Positions 50,057-61,508 of a stretch of 64,000 nt of DNA are shown piece by piece. Source of the DNA: Felis catus (Eukaryota); contig NC_058368.1 of assembly GCF_018350175.1 (NCBI RefSeq), positions 92,382,001-92,446,000 of the forward strand. Direction: 5' to 3'. The position numbers and the translations under genes are program-made. The notes under the pieces were generated by a model. It ran no database searches. It saw only the letters and a program-made list of their open reading frames with translations, and was not told the origin of the DNA. Numbering within the stretch: the first letter of the stretch is position 1; every line of letters starts with the position of its first letter.

Positions 50057-50549
50057 TGCTGTGGTTCCATTACAATTTAATATTGTCCACGAAGAAGATG
50101 ATTTCCAAAATTGCAATATTGAAGACAGCTGCTCAGTTGCTGTCCTGTTGTAATGGGATAGCTTTCAAATCCCCAGTTTATCGATCCACCCGCATTGCTA
50201 ACACTGATTTCAATTAACATTTGTCAGAGCTAAAAATAAAATTTTATCTACAGCCCAGGACACTTTTGACAGGATGATTTTCAACATTGTGACTTTTTAG
50301 CATAGGAGACTGTGGTTTTAATTGGAAAACCAATTACTTGAACAACTACTCTGCTCCTGCCCTTTAACATGATTTATATTAAAAGAGACCTGTATTTTTG
50401 GAAGGTTATAATGATTATTATGCTTAGTGACTTGTAGGAATCCAGGTGTCCCAGGGAGCATCACAGCTAACCTCAAAGGACTCTGAAAGTACTCTCAGAG
50501 CCTCAGGAGACTGGAGTTCACAGGCTGTTGTTGAAGTTGAGGAGTTGAA
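50057..50549 (+). pseudogene. Candidate large exon, phase 1->2
   Basis: atttcctttcag| acceptor; first 52 codons open; 7 stops later; gaa|gtaatg donor. Confidence 0.5.
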
Positions 50550-50559
50550 GTAATGTAAA

Positions 50560-50615
50560 AGGAGGAAGGGAGGAAGGAAGGAAGACAAGGAAAGAAAGAA
50601 GGAAGGAAAGAAGGA

Positions 50616-50654
<39 letters not shown>

Positions 50655-50730
50655 GAAGAGAAAAAGAAAGAGAGAAAGAGAAAAAGAAAAAGAAAGAAAG
50701 AAAAAAGAAATTGGCAAAAAAGAAAAGAAA
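50560..50730 (+). repeat. Purine-rich (GAAA)/(GGAA)n tract
   Basis: Visible simple repeat. Confidence 0.95.
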
Positions 50731-51286
50731 TAGAAATTTGTAAATCAGTGAGAATGAGTAGCAAAACTGACTTTGGCATTTTTTTGTGGGACCATAGTTT
50801 GTTTTGCCTTTTTTTTTTTAAACAAGGTAGGGAGAGAAGGAGCTGGATTAAAACAAAGAAGAAAAGGAAGAGAAGTGACGTTGTGTGGTTAAGCATTATG
50901 GAAAAGTAAATCCTTCTTTTTATAATCTATGAGCTAAATGGCAGAAAAATTAGGCATACATAAGTGAAAATGAACCCTGATCACTTACATTTTATTCCTC
51001 AGTATCCACATTTGTTAGGTATCTTTTACTTTATTAAATCTGAGTGGAGAGAAATGATTAATTTTCAAAGTATTGTAACATAGATCTTGCATTTGCATAA
51101 TAATATATTTTGTTTGAATGGCATTTACAATTTGCCAAGGGCTCTCAAATCCATTCTCATTCCTGATATTATTCACTGTTGTCTATGTATGGCACATGGA
51201 ACAAAGAATATGTTCTTTCTTTTCTCTCAATGGTGTTCTTTTTCCTGTCATCCAATTAATAGTTAACATTTCCTCTCATCTTTCAG

Positions 51287-51711
51287 ACATAAGTACTTAT
51301 CATACTTCTTATCACTCAACACTAAGCCCAATTACATATTTATTCCAGAGAGTTTTTTTGCAACTTGTGCCCTGTTAAGCGTGACCTCAGTTGGCTGCAT
51401 CAATTCAATGCTTTGCTTATGAACCGCTCTCTTCACTCATAATCATTGTATTTTTTCTTCTGTAAATTGACAAAGGCTGACATTTGCATATTGGCATATG
51501 GGATTGAAGTTTCTAAAACTCTGGTATTCATGTTTCCTTTGTGGCTGCAGAAGCGGTTGGATTGAAATCCTCTTTATCCTGCCATGGATTCTGATGAAAA
51601 CTTGGAGCCCTGGGGCCTGGGTTTAGACAAAAGAGCACCCACTGCCAGTTGTGTCTGTGTTGGTCTGAGCACAGGGGAGGCGGCCTGGAGGGCATCTGCA
51701 TGAAGACTGAG
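51287..51711 (+). pseudogene. Candidate exon starting in phase 2 (HKYLSYFLSLNTKPNYIFIPESFFATCALLSV...); 3' end uncertain
   Basis: tttcctctcatctttcag| acceptor; first 44 codons open. Confidence 0.4.
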
Positions 51712-52569
51712 GTGACTTCTGGGAGAGAGCTCATCCTAAGGGTGAATTTGAATACTGTCTGCAGTCTGTCCCTAGCTGTGTTTCCTCCCCAGTTCCATGG
51801 ATATATATCTGTCTCTTTGATGATGGGAGAGTGGTTGGTAAGAGCAAGAAATAACTGTGTGATATCGCTCACCATGGAGCTCTGTACCTTGGTATACCTG
51901 TGGGAAGGGTGGAAGTGTCTTGTAGATGCCACAGGTTTTGCATAATTCAATGGCACTGCTTGATGGTAGCCGTGGTGGTAGGGACTAAAAGCTGAAGTAG
52001 TGTTTATGGGGTGGTTAAGAGGACTGAATCTTGAGCCTCATGATAAGTCTCCCTGGTGTCTCCCGGGATTGACAGTTGAGAGCTTAGAGAAAACACTAGT
52101 TAAGAAAGATTTATTGTCACGAGAAGACAATTCTGTAGATGACACCTGTTTCTTAGTATGGGATGTAGGTTGGGCCGCTTTATGTTGGTCTGAAAATAAG
52201 AAAGATTTCTTAATAGGAATCTCAGTAATTACTCATTGGAGTTGGTAAGGAGATAACCTAATTAGCACTAGCTTTAGAGCCAGGCCACCAAAATTTTAAC
52301 TGTTTGTCAGTCATTCCCAACAAAGAGTTGGAGCTCATTGTGAGAATGATTTCAGTGAAAATAGCAGTGAAATCCTGAGTAGTTAGAGAAGAGTAACATG
52401 GTTCCTTATGGGAACATTTACAAGTAAATTGAATTCGCCAGACCTTGAGCAGACTCTTGTATCCACAACGCACAGGGGTACAGAACTTCAGTGAGGAATC
52501 ACTAAGGGTCTTTAGCAAGAGACACTGGTTAATTTTAGCAAGTATATACTGCAAAAACATTAAAAAATG

Positions 52570-52779
52570 TTTTAAAGTATTTATTTATTTGAGTAATCTT
52601 TATGCCCAATGTGGGGTTTGAACTCACAACCCCAAGATCAAGACTTGCCTGTTCTACAGACTGAACTAGTCAGGCACCTCAAAATGACTTCTGAATTTTT
52701 TATTTTTTATTCAAAAAAAATTTTTTTTAAAGTTTGTTTATTTTTGAGAAAGAGAAAGACAGAGTGTGAGCGGGGGAGG

Positions 52780-52816
<37 letters not shown>

Positions 52817-53178
52817 ACACACACAGAATCCGATGTAGGCTCCAGGCTCCGAGCTGTCAGCACAGAGCCCGACGTGGGGCTGAAACTCACGAACGGTGAG
52901 ATCATGACCTGAGCCAAAGTTGGATGCTTAACCGACAGGTGCCCTATGACTTCTAAATTTAAAAACAATTTTTTTTTTAATCTGTATTTATTTTTGAGAG
53001 AGAGACAGAGTGTGAGCAGGGGAGGAGCAGAGAGAGAAGGAGACACAGAATCCGAAGCAGGCTCCAGGCCCTGAGCTGTCAGCACCAGAGCTCGACGCAG
53101 GGCTCGAACTCATGAACTATGAGATCATGACCTGAGCCAAAGTCGGACGCTCAACCGACTGAGCCACCCAGGTGCCCC
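52570..53178 (-). mobile_element. Three reverse SINEs (52570-52680; 52720-52945; 52968-53178)
   Basis: SINE motifs. Confidence 0.9.
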
Positions 53179-53758
53179 TGATGTCTAAAGTTTTTAAAGG
53201 TTGAAAGAACACAGCATCTCTATCACAGACCTTTCTTGTTTCACAATTGAAGTTCACAGTTATTTTTAAAAAAGGGGGGATCTTTTATATCTATGGGAAA
53301 AAGTAATCAGAGTTTCAAATATTCCATGAATTAATGAATGACTACTGATCCCTGAAGGTCTCTTCTAACTTTGTGAGAAGTGGAATTGTAATAAGAGTAC
53401 CTTTGCTTTGTGTTTATAAAGTCTCTCTTTTCTAGAATCAAGGTTTTGTATTGGCTGATTTAAGTGTTTCTGTGCTTGAAGCTGGGATGCGGACCAGATG
53501 ACAATGAGAATTTATTCTGGTGCTGAAACTCTAATATTTTCCTCATAAAACCCAATTTCTATGCATTCTTGATCCCCAGGGTCCGCAGGCTCCTTCCTCT
53601 CTGGTAGGGGGAGGGATTTCAAATTTTGGTCAGTTTTTGGTTCTTTTATTCATATTCTACTATGGCTGGGAAAGAACAAGTCTATTATAACTTTATGTAT
53701 TTCTTAGTAAGTGATTGAAATATGGAAGTTTTTTTTTTGTCAAAAATACAAAATACAA

Positions 53759-54170
53759 GGGGTACCTGGGTGGCTTAGTCACTTAACCATCCAACCCTTG
53801 GTTTCAGTTCATACCAGGAACCCAGGGCCATGAGATCGAGGCCCACATCAATTCTCTTTCCCTGTCTATCTGCCCCTCCCTTGCTTATAGTCCCTCCCCC
53901 CAAATAAATAAATAAACAAAACAAAATACAAAATATAAGGTTGCCTGGGTGGCTCAGTCAGTTAAGCGTCTGACTCTTGGTTTCACCTCAGGTCATGATC
54001 TCACAGCTTCATGGTCTGAGCCCTGCATCGGGCTCTGTGCTGGCAGTGTGGAGCCTGCTTGGGATTCTCTCTCTCTTCCCTCTCTCTCTCTGCCCCTTCC
54101 CCACTTGCACTGTCTCTGTCTCTCTCAAAATAAATAAATAAACATAAAAAAATAAAATAATGAAAAAAAA
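53759..54170 (+). mobile_element. Two tandem CAN-SINEs
   Basis: Shared aaaatacaaaata target. Confidence 0.88.
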
Positions 54171-54239
54171 TACAAAATATAAAATAAGTTGGCCAAATAT
54201 TGATGTACTTATGATATCTTAGTTTTTCTACTCTTTTGT

Positions 54240-57200
54240 AAAATTAAATTAAATTAAAAATTTTAATTAATTAATTACTTAATTAATGTTTACATCCAAG
54301 TTAGTTAGCATATAGTGCAACAATGATTTCAGGAGTAGATTCCTTAATGCCCCTTACACATTTAGCCCATCGCCCCACCCACTGCCCCTCCAGCAACCCT
54401 GTTTGTTCTCTATATTTAAGAGTCTCTTCGTGTTTTGTCTCCCTCCCTGTGTTTAAAAAAAAATTTTTTTTAATGTTTATTTATTTTTGAGAGAGAGAGA
54501 GCACAGGCAGGGACAGGGCAGAGAGAGAGAGGGAGACACAGAATCCAAAGCAGGCTCCAGGCTCTGAGCTGTCAGCACAGAACCCAACATGGGGCTTGAA
54601 CCCACGAACCATGAGATCATGACCTGAGCCAAAGTTGGATGCTTAACTGACTGAGCAGTCTAGGCGCCCCACCCCCTTCCTGTTTTTATACTATTTTTGC
54701 TTCCCTTCCCTTATGTTCATCTGCTTTGTCTCTTAAATTCCTTGTATGAGTGAAATCATATGATATTTGTCTTTCTCTGACTGACTGATTTCACTTAGCA
54801 TAATACCCTCTACATACATCCATGTAGTGGCAAGATTTCATTCTTTTTGATTGCTGAGTAATACTCCATTCTATATATATACCACATCTTTATCCATTCG
54901 TCTGTCAGTGGACATCTGGGCTCTTTCCATACTTTGGCTATTGTTGATAGTGCTACTATAAACATTGGGGTGCGTGTGCCCCTTTGAAACAGCACACTTG
55001 TATCCCTTGTATAAATACCTAATAGTTCAATTGCTGGGTTGTAGGGTAGTCCTATTTTTAAGTTTTTGAGGAACCTCCATACTGTTTTCCAGAGTGGCTG
55101 CACCAGTTTGCATTTCCACCAGCAGTGCAAAAGAGATCCTCTTTCTCTGCATCCTTGCCAGCATCTGTTGTTGCCTGAGTTGTTAATGTTAGCAATTGTG
55201 ACTGCTGTGAAGTGGTATCTTATTGTAGTTTTAATTTGTGTTTCCCTGATGATGAGTGATATTGTGCATTTTTTCATGTGTCTGTTGGTCATCTGGATGT
55301 CTTTTTTTAAAAAAAATTTTTTTTTCAACATTTATTTATTTTTGGGACAGAGAGAGACAGAGCATGAATGGGGGAGGGGCAGAGAGAGAGGGAGACTCAG
55401 AATCGGAAACAGGCTCCAGGCTCTGAGCCATCAGCCCAGAGCCCGACGCGGGGCTCAAACTCACGGACCGTGAGATCGTGACCTGGCTGAAGTCGGACAT
55501 TTAACCGACTGCGCCACCCAGGCGCCCCAAGGATGTCTTCTTTAGAGAAGTGTCTATTCATGTCTTTTACCCATTTCTTCACTGGATTATTTGTGTTTTG
55601 GGTGTTGAGTTTGATAAGTCTTTATAGGTTTTGGATACTAACCCTTTATCTGATATGTCTTTTTGCAAATATCTTCTCCCATTCTGTCAGTTGCCTTTTA
55701 GTTTTGCTGATTGTTTCCTTTGCTGTGCAGAAGGTTTTTATCTTGATGAGGTCCCAGTAGTTCATTTTTGCTTTTGTTTCTCTTGCCTCAGGAGGTGTGT
55801 TGAGTAAGAAATTGCTGCAGCTGAGGTCAAAGAGGTTTTTGCCTGCTTTCTCCTCCATTTGATGGCTTCCTGTCTTACATTAAGTTCTTTCATCCATTTT
55901 GAGTTTATTTTTGTGTATGAAGTAAGAAAGTGGTCCAGGTTCATTCTTCTGCGGGTCGCTGTCCAGTTTTCCCAGCACCACTTGCTGAAGAGACTGTCTT
56001 TATTCCATTGGAAATTCTTTCCTGCTTTGTCAAAGATTAGTTGGCCCTACGTTTGTGAGTTCATTTCTGGGTTCTCTATTCTGTTCCATTGATCTGAGTG
56101 TCTGTTGTTGTGCCAGTACCATACTATCTTGATAATTACAGCTTTGTAATACAGCTTGAAGTCCAGGATTGTAATGCCTCCAGCTTTGGTTTTCTTTTTC
56201 AGGATTGCTTTGGCTACTCAGGGTCTTTTCTGGTTCCATAAAAAATTTAAGATTGTTTGTTCTAGCTCTGTGAAGAATGCTGGTGTTATTTTGATAGAGA
56301 TTACATTGAATATGTAGATTGTTTTGGGTAGTATCAACACTTTAACAATATTTGTTTTTCCAATCCAGAAGCTTGGAATAGTTTCTCAGTTTTTTTGTCT
56401 TCTTCAATTTCTTTCATAAGCTTTCTATAGTTTCCAGTGTATAGATTTTTCACCTCTTTGGTTAGGTTTATTCCTAGGCATTTTATGGGTTTTGGTGCAA
56501 TTGTAAATGGGATCAATTCCTTGATTTCTCTTTCTGTTGCTTCATTATTGGTGTATAGGAATGCAACCAATTTCTATGCATTGCTTTTATATCCTGGTAC
56601 TTTGCTGAATTCATGATCAGTTCTAGCAGTTTTTTGGTGGAACCTTTTGGGTTTTCCATATAGAGTATCATGTCATTTGTAAAGAGTGAAAGTTTGACTT
56701 CCTCCTTGCCAATTTGGATGCCTTTTCTTCCTTTGTGTTGTCTGATTGCTGAGGCTAGGACTTCGAATACTATGATGAATAACAGTGGTGAGAGTAGACA
56801 TCCCTGTTGTGCTCCTGACCTTAGGGGGAAAGCTCTCAGTGTTTCCCCATTGAGGATGATATTAGCATTGGGTATTTCATATATACTTTTATGATTTCAA
56901 GGTGTAATCCTATCCCTACTTTCTTGAGGGTTTTTATCAAGAAAGGATGCTGTATTTTGTCAAATGTTTCCTCTGCATCTATTGAGAGGATTGTGTGGTT
57001 CTTGTCCTTTCTTTTATTGATATTATGTGTCACATTGATTGTTTTGCAGATATTGAACCAGCTCTGCATCCCAGGTATAAATACCACTTGGTCGTGGTGA
57101 ATAATTCTTTTAAAGTACTGTTGGATCTTGTTGAAGATTTTTGCATCCATGTTCATTAGGGAAATTGGTCTGTAGTTCTCCTTTTTAGTGGGGTCTTTGT

Positions 57201-58565
57201 CTGGTTTTGGAATCCAGGTAATGCTGGCCTCATAGACTGAGTTTGAAAGTTTTCCTTCCGTTTCTATTTTTTGGAAGAGCTTCAAAAGAATAGATGTTAA
57301 CTCTTCTTTAAATGTTTGGTAGAATTCCCCTGGAGAGCCATCTGGCCCCGGACTCTTGTTTTTTAGGGAGACTTTTGATTACTAATTTGATTTCCTTACT
57401 GGTTATGGGTCTGTTCAAATTATCTATTTCTTCTTGTTTCAGTTTTGGTAGTTTATATGTTTCTAGGAATTTGTATACTTCTTCCAGATTGCCCATTTTT
57501 TTGGCATATAATTGCTCATAATATTCTCTTATTGTTTTTATTTCTGCTGTGTTCATTGTGATCTCTCCTCTTTCATCCTTGATTTTATTTATTGGGTCCT
57601 TTCCTTTTTCTTTTTGATCAAACTGGCTAGAGGTTTATCAATTTTGTTAACTCTTTCAAAGAACCAGCTTCTGGTTTCATTGATCTGTTCTCCTGTTTTT
57701 TTTCTGCTCTAATCTTTATTATTTCCTGTCTTCTGCTGGTTTTGGTTTTATTTGCTGTTCTTTTTCCAGCTCTTTAAGGTGTAAGTTAAGGTTGTGTGTC
57801 TGAGACCTTTCTTTCTTCTTTAGGAAGGCCTGGCTTGCTATATACTTTCCTCTTATGACGGCCTTTGCTGTGTCCCAGAGGTTTTGGGTTGTGGTGTTAC
57901 CATTGTCATTGGCTTCCATGTACTTTTTAATTTCCTCTTTAACTTCTTGGTTAGCCCATTCATTCTTTAATAGGATGTCCTTTAGTCTCCAAGTATTTGT
58001 TATGTTTCCACATTTTTTCTTATGGTTAATTTCGAGTTTCATAGTGTTGTGGTCTGAAAATATGCATAGTATGATCTCGATCTTTTTGTACTAGTTGAGG
58101 GCTGATTTATGTCCCAGTATGTGATCTATTCTGGAGAATGTTCCATGTGCACTCAAGAATAATGTGTAGTCTGCTGCTTTAGAATGAAATGTTCTGTATA
58201 TATTTGGTAAGTCCATCCAGTCCAGTGTGTCATTCAAAACCATTGTTTCCTTGTTGATTTTCTGTTTAGATGATCTGTCCATTGCTGTAAGTGGAGTGTT
58301 GAAGTCCCTTACTATTATGGTATTATTATTAGTGAGTTTCTTTATGTGTGATTAATTGATTTATATATTTGGGTGCTACCATATTTGGAGCATAAATGTT
58401 TACAGTTGTTAGATCTTCTTAGTGGATAGACCCCTTAATGATGATATAATGCCCCTCTTCATCTCCCGATACAGTCTTTATTTTAAAATCTAGATTGTCT
58501 GATATAAGTATGGCTACTCCGGCTTTGTTTTGGCAACCATTAGCATGATAGATGGTTCTCCATCT
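54240..58565 (-). mobile_element. Carnivore L1, ~4.3 kb (most of ORF2, disrupted, plus 3'UTR), with SINEs at 54463-54670 and 55302-55529
   Basis: Minus-strand ORF2 fragments [57 protein letters not shown]. Confidence 0.95.
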
Positions 58566-58628
58566 GGTTTTTCTAGTCTTGAGACAACCCTTTTCCACTC
58601 ATTTGTTTATTCGTTCCTTCATCAAATA

Positions 58629-58654
58629 CTTTTTTTAAAAGCTTATTTATTTAT

Positions 58655-58685
<31 letters not shown>

Positions 58686-58857
58686 CAGCACAAGTGGGGG
58701 AGGGGCAGAGAGAGAGGAGAGAGAATCCCCAGCAGGCTGTACACTGCCAGTGCAGAGCCCAATGTGGGACTCATACACATGAAGCTGTGAGATCATGACC
58801 TGAGGCGAAACCAAGAGTTGGATGCTTTGCGGACTGACTGAGCCACCCAGGAGCCCC
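58629..58857 (-). mobile_element. CAN-SINE
   Basis: TSD cgttccttcatcaaata/cgttccttcaacaaata. Confidence 0.9.
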
Positions 58858-59507
58858 ACGTTCCTTCAACAAATATTAATTAAACATCTGCTATGCTCCA
58901 GGAACTATGGTGTTTGCTCATGAGTGTTTACAGCTGGAAACAATGGAGACACCATCTCTACTTTCCTGGAGCTACCTGCCTAGCAAGTAGTGCAATTAAG
59001 AACTTCCAACCCATTTACTAGTCATGTGATCTCAGACAAGGTGCCTAACGTCATTTGCCTCAATTTCCTCTAGTGAACGACATGAAAAAAGTGCCCATTT
59101 CCAGGAGCTGGTGATTGTATTACATGAGATAAATTATGTAGAGTACTTAGCAAAGTGTCTACCACAGAGAAAGCTCAATAAATAGACACAGATATGTGTA
59201 TTATCCCTTTTCTAACTATTGAACCAAAACAATCTATAAGACAATAACATCATGAGGAAGCCTAAAAGATAAATCACTCTGGAAATATTACTAAGGCCAA
59301 CCCATTCTCCATCCTTCCTCCTGCAGAAGATTGCCCCTTTGCGTTGGCTGAAAAATGATTATAGTCGGGATGAGGGAGTGAGGAATGGCCTTACACTCAA
59401 GTCTTCTCTTCTATTTTATTTCTTCAGAGACTGCCTCTTTCCTCCCTTGGCAGGGCTAAGGAATGGAGTCCTGCTCACCTAAAAAACCCTGCTTCTCTGG
59501 GATAGCC

Positions 59508-59529
59508 AGCTGACTCAGCTGACTCATCC
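59508..59529. promoter_or_regulatory. Tandem AP-1 / ARE-like motifs (tgactcagctgactca)
   Basis: Two TGACTCA heptamers two bases apart. Confidence 0.3.
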
Positions 59530-60359
59530 AGGTTTGTGGCTGCCATGTTCCTCTCCAGAGCCACGTGGTGGGCAAAGTCCAAAAGTCCATCTATGCACTG
59601 CGGCATTGGAGTTAAGAAATTCTTCCCACTTACTGGGCCACAGGGTGGGGGGTGGGGTGGTGGAGGTGGGTGGTAAGAATGTGGCAGAAATCAGACACAA
59701 CTGCGGGAGACACTCAGACTCTTGCCCAAGAACCTGAGGTATAAAATATGCACCTGACAATTCCCCCTGACTTCTCACTCCACCTCCCCGTCCTATACCC
59801 CAATAATTGTAGGACACTGAGAAAATAAAGGGGCTTGAAATCAAGGAGCTGGAAATCTGCTTGGGAGTCAGAATGCATATACCCATGAAAAATGAATCAG
59901 TTAAACAGGCAAACTTTATATAACAATACTCTGTTTATTTACCAAGTATTATTGTTCATTGGGCCCTGTGTTAGGTGTTAGGAGGCAGACATAAAAATAT
60001 TGTCCATTCTCAAGGAGCTTAGAGTCTAGAGAGGAAGACAGGTATAAAGCAGCAACACAAATAGCAAGGTCAAGTCTTACAGTGCAGTGATGTAGGTATG
60101 TTGCTGATGATAATATCTGAGGGGTCACAGGGGAGTACAGAGGAAGAGCTAAATATGAATGAGAGAAATAATAGCAATTATTAATGTAGTGAGCTATGAT
60201 AGGCCAGAGGCTTAAGATATGCCGAGGGACGTCTCTCTGCTGGTCCCTGTAGCTCGGTGAGGGAGGCAGGGCAAGCAGAGTAGGAGGAAGTAACACCATT
60301 TCCAGAGGAAGCCTGAATTGGTACTGCGGAGCTCTTGGCTTAGAAGTCTACAGTTCTAG

Positions 60360-60565
60360 AAGCGCCTGGGTGGCTCAGTCAGTGGGGGCATCTGATTCCT
60401 GAGTTTGGCTCCGGTCATGATCTCGTGGTTTTTGAGATCGAGCCCCACATTGGGCCCTGGGCTGATGGCACAGAACCTGCTTGTGATTCTGTCTCTCTCT
60501 CTCTCTCTCTCCTTCCCTCCCTCTCTCAAAATAAATAAATTAATTAACACGAAAAAAAAGAAAAA
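60360..60565 (+). mobile_element. CAN-SINE
   Basis: SINE motifs; flanking agttctag. Confidence 0.88.
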
Positions 60566-60870
60566 GACCAGAGTTCTAGCATTGGGCTTGATGTTTATTC
60601 CTCCGATGATTTGTGTTAATTACTTCCCTTCTCTGGGCTTTTCTTCCTTATAGGGTAAATGAGGGGGTTGGGCTGGGTAATCTGCAAACGTCTTCTCATG
60701 GTTGTACCTTTGCCCAGTTTCCTCACCTGGAACACATGGATAATTCAGATGATGAGAATTTGAACGAGGCTCCTCAAGATTTGGAAAATAGGGTTTCTTT
60801 TCGTGCCAGAGCAGGCAATGTGGGAGGATATGCAGTATCCTCTTCCTGTTATCTCAAAAATTTTTTTTAT

Positions 60871-61508
60871 GGGGGCACCTGGGTGGCTCAGTTGGTTAAG
60901 CGGCTGACTTCGGCTCAGGTCATGATCTCGCGGTCCGTGAGTTCGAGCCCCGCGTCGGGCTCTGTGCTCACAGCTCAGAGCCTGGAGCCTGTTTCAGATT
61001 CTGTGTCTCCCTCTCTCTCTCTGCCCCTCCCCTGTTCATGCTCTGTCTCTCTCTGTCTCAAAAATAAATAAACGTTAAAAAAAATTTTTTTTATGTTTTT
61101 ATTTATTTTTGAGAGAGAGAGAGATAGAGCACGAGTGGGGGAGGGGCAGAGAGAGAGGGAGACACAGAATCCGAAGCAGGCTCCAGGCTCTGAGCTATCA
61201 GCACAGAGCCTGACATGAGGCTTGAACTTGTGAACCTTGAGATCATGACCTGAGCTGAAGTCGGACGCTTAACCGACTGAGCCACCCAGGTGCCCCCTTG
61301 TTATCTTTTTAAAAAAATGTTTGTTTATTTTGAGAGAGGGCATGAGTGGGGAAGGGGCAGAGAGGGAGGAAGAGAGAGAATCCCAAGCAAGCTCCATGCT
61401 GCCAGCCCAGAGCCCGATGCAGGGTTTGAACTCATGAACTGTGAAATCATGACCTGCGAGAAATCAAGAGCCAGATGCTTAACCGACTGAGCCATACCCT
61501 GGCACCCC
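60871..61508. mobile_element. SINE cluster (60871-61082 +; 61086-61296 -; 61306-61508 -)
   Basis: The + copy is flanked by a duplicated A/T-run target ending in atg, inside the T-tail of the - copy. Confidence 0.92.

Larger units (their letters stand above)
896..51711 (+). pseudogene. Large multi-exon gene remnant of unknown identity (probable unitary pseudogene); probably starts upstream of the window and may extend to ~63.3 kb
   Basis: Chain of 18-19 segments, mostly with polypyrimidine-AG acceptors and GT donors (one GC), phase-compatible in order; 194-codon stop-free spliced stretch 43795-50214; ~46 in-frame stops elsewhere; SINE inserted in one exon. Confidence 0.65.

Noticed and set aside
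896..51711. Selenoprotein explanation for the in-frame stops
   Set aside because: TAA and TAG are at least as frequent as TGA; selenocysteine recoding concerns UGA only.
54810..58282. Reverse transcriptase and endonuclease ORF fragments as a functional retroelement
   Set aside because: ORF2 is broken by stops, frameshifts and a SINE, and there is no ORF1 or promoter; the same holds for 35730-38060.
160..61490. Dozens of 60-110 aa ORFs resembling MAQSVKRPTSAQVMIS...SSPASGSVLTAQSLEP
   Set aside because: Translations of CAN-SINE copies, not genes.
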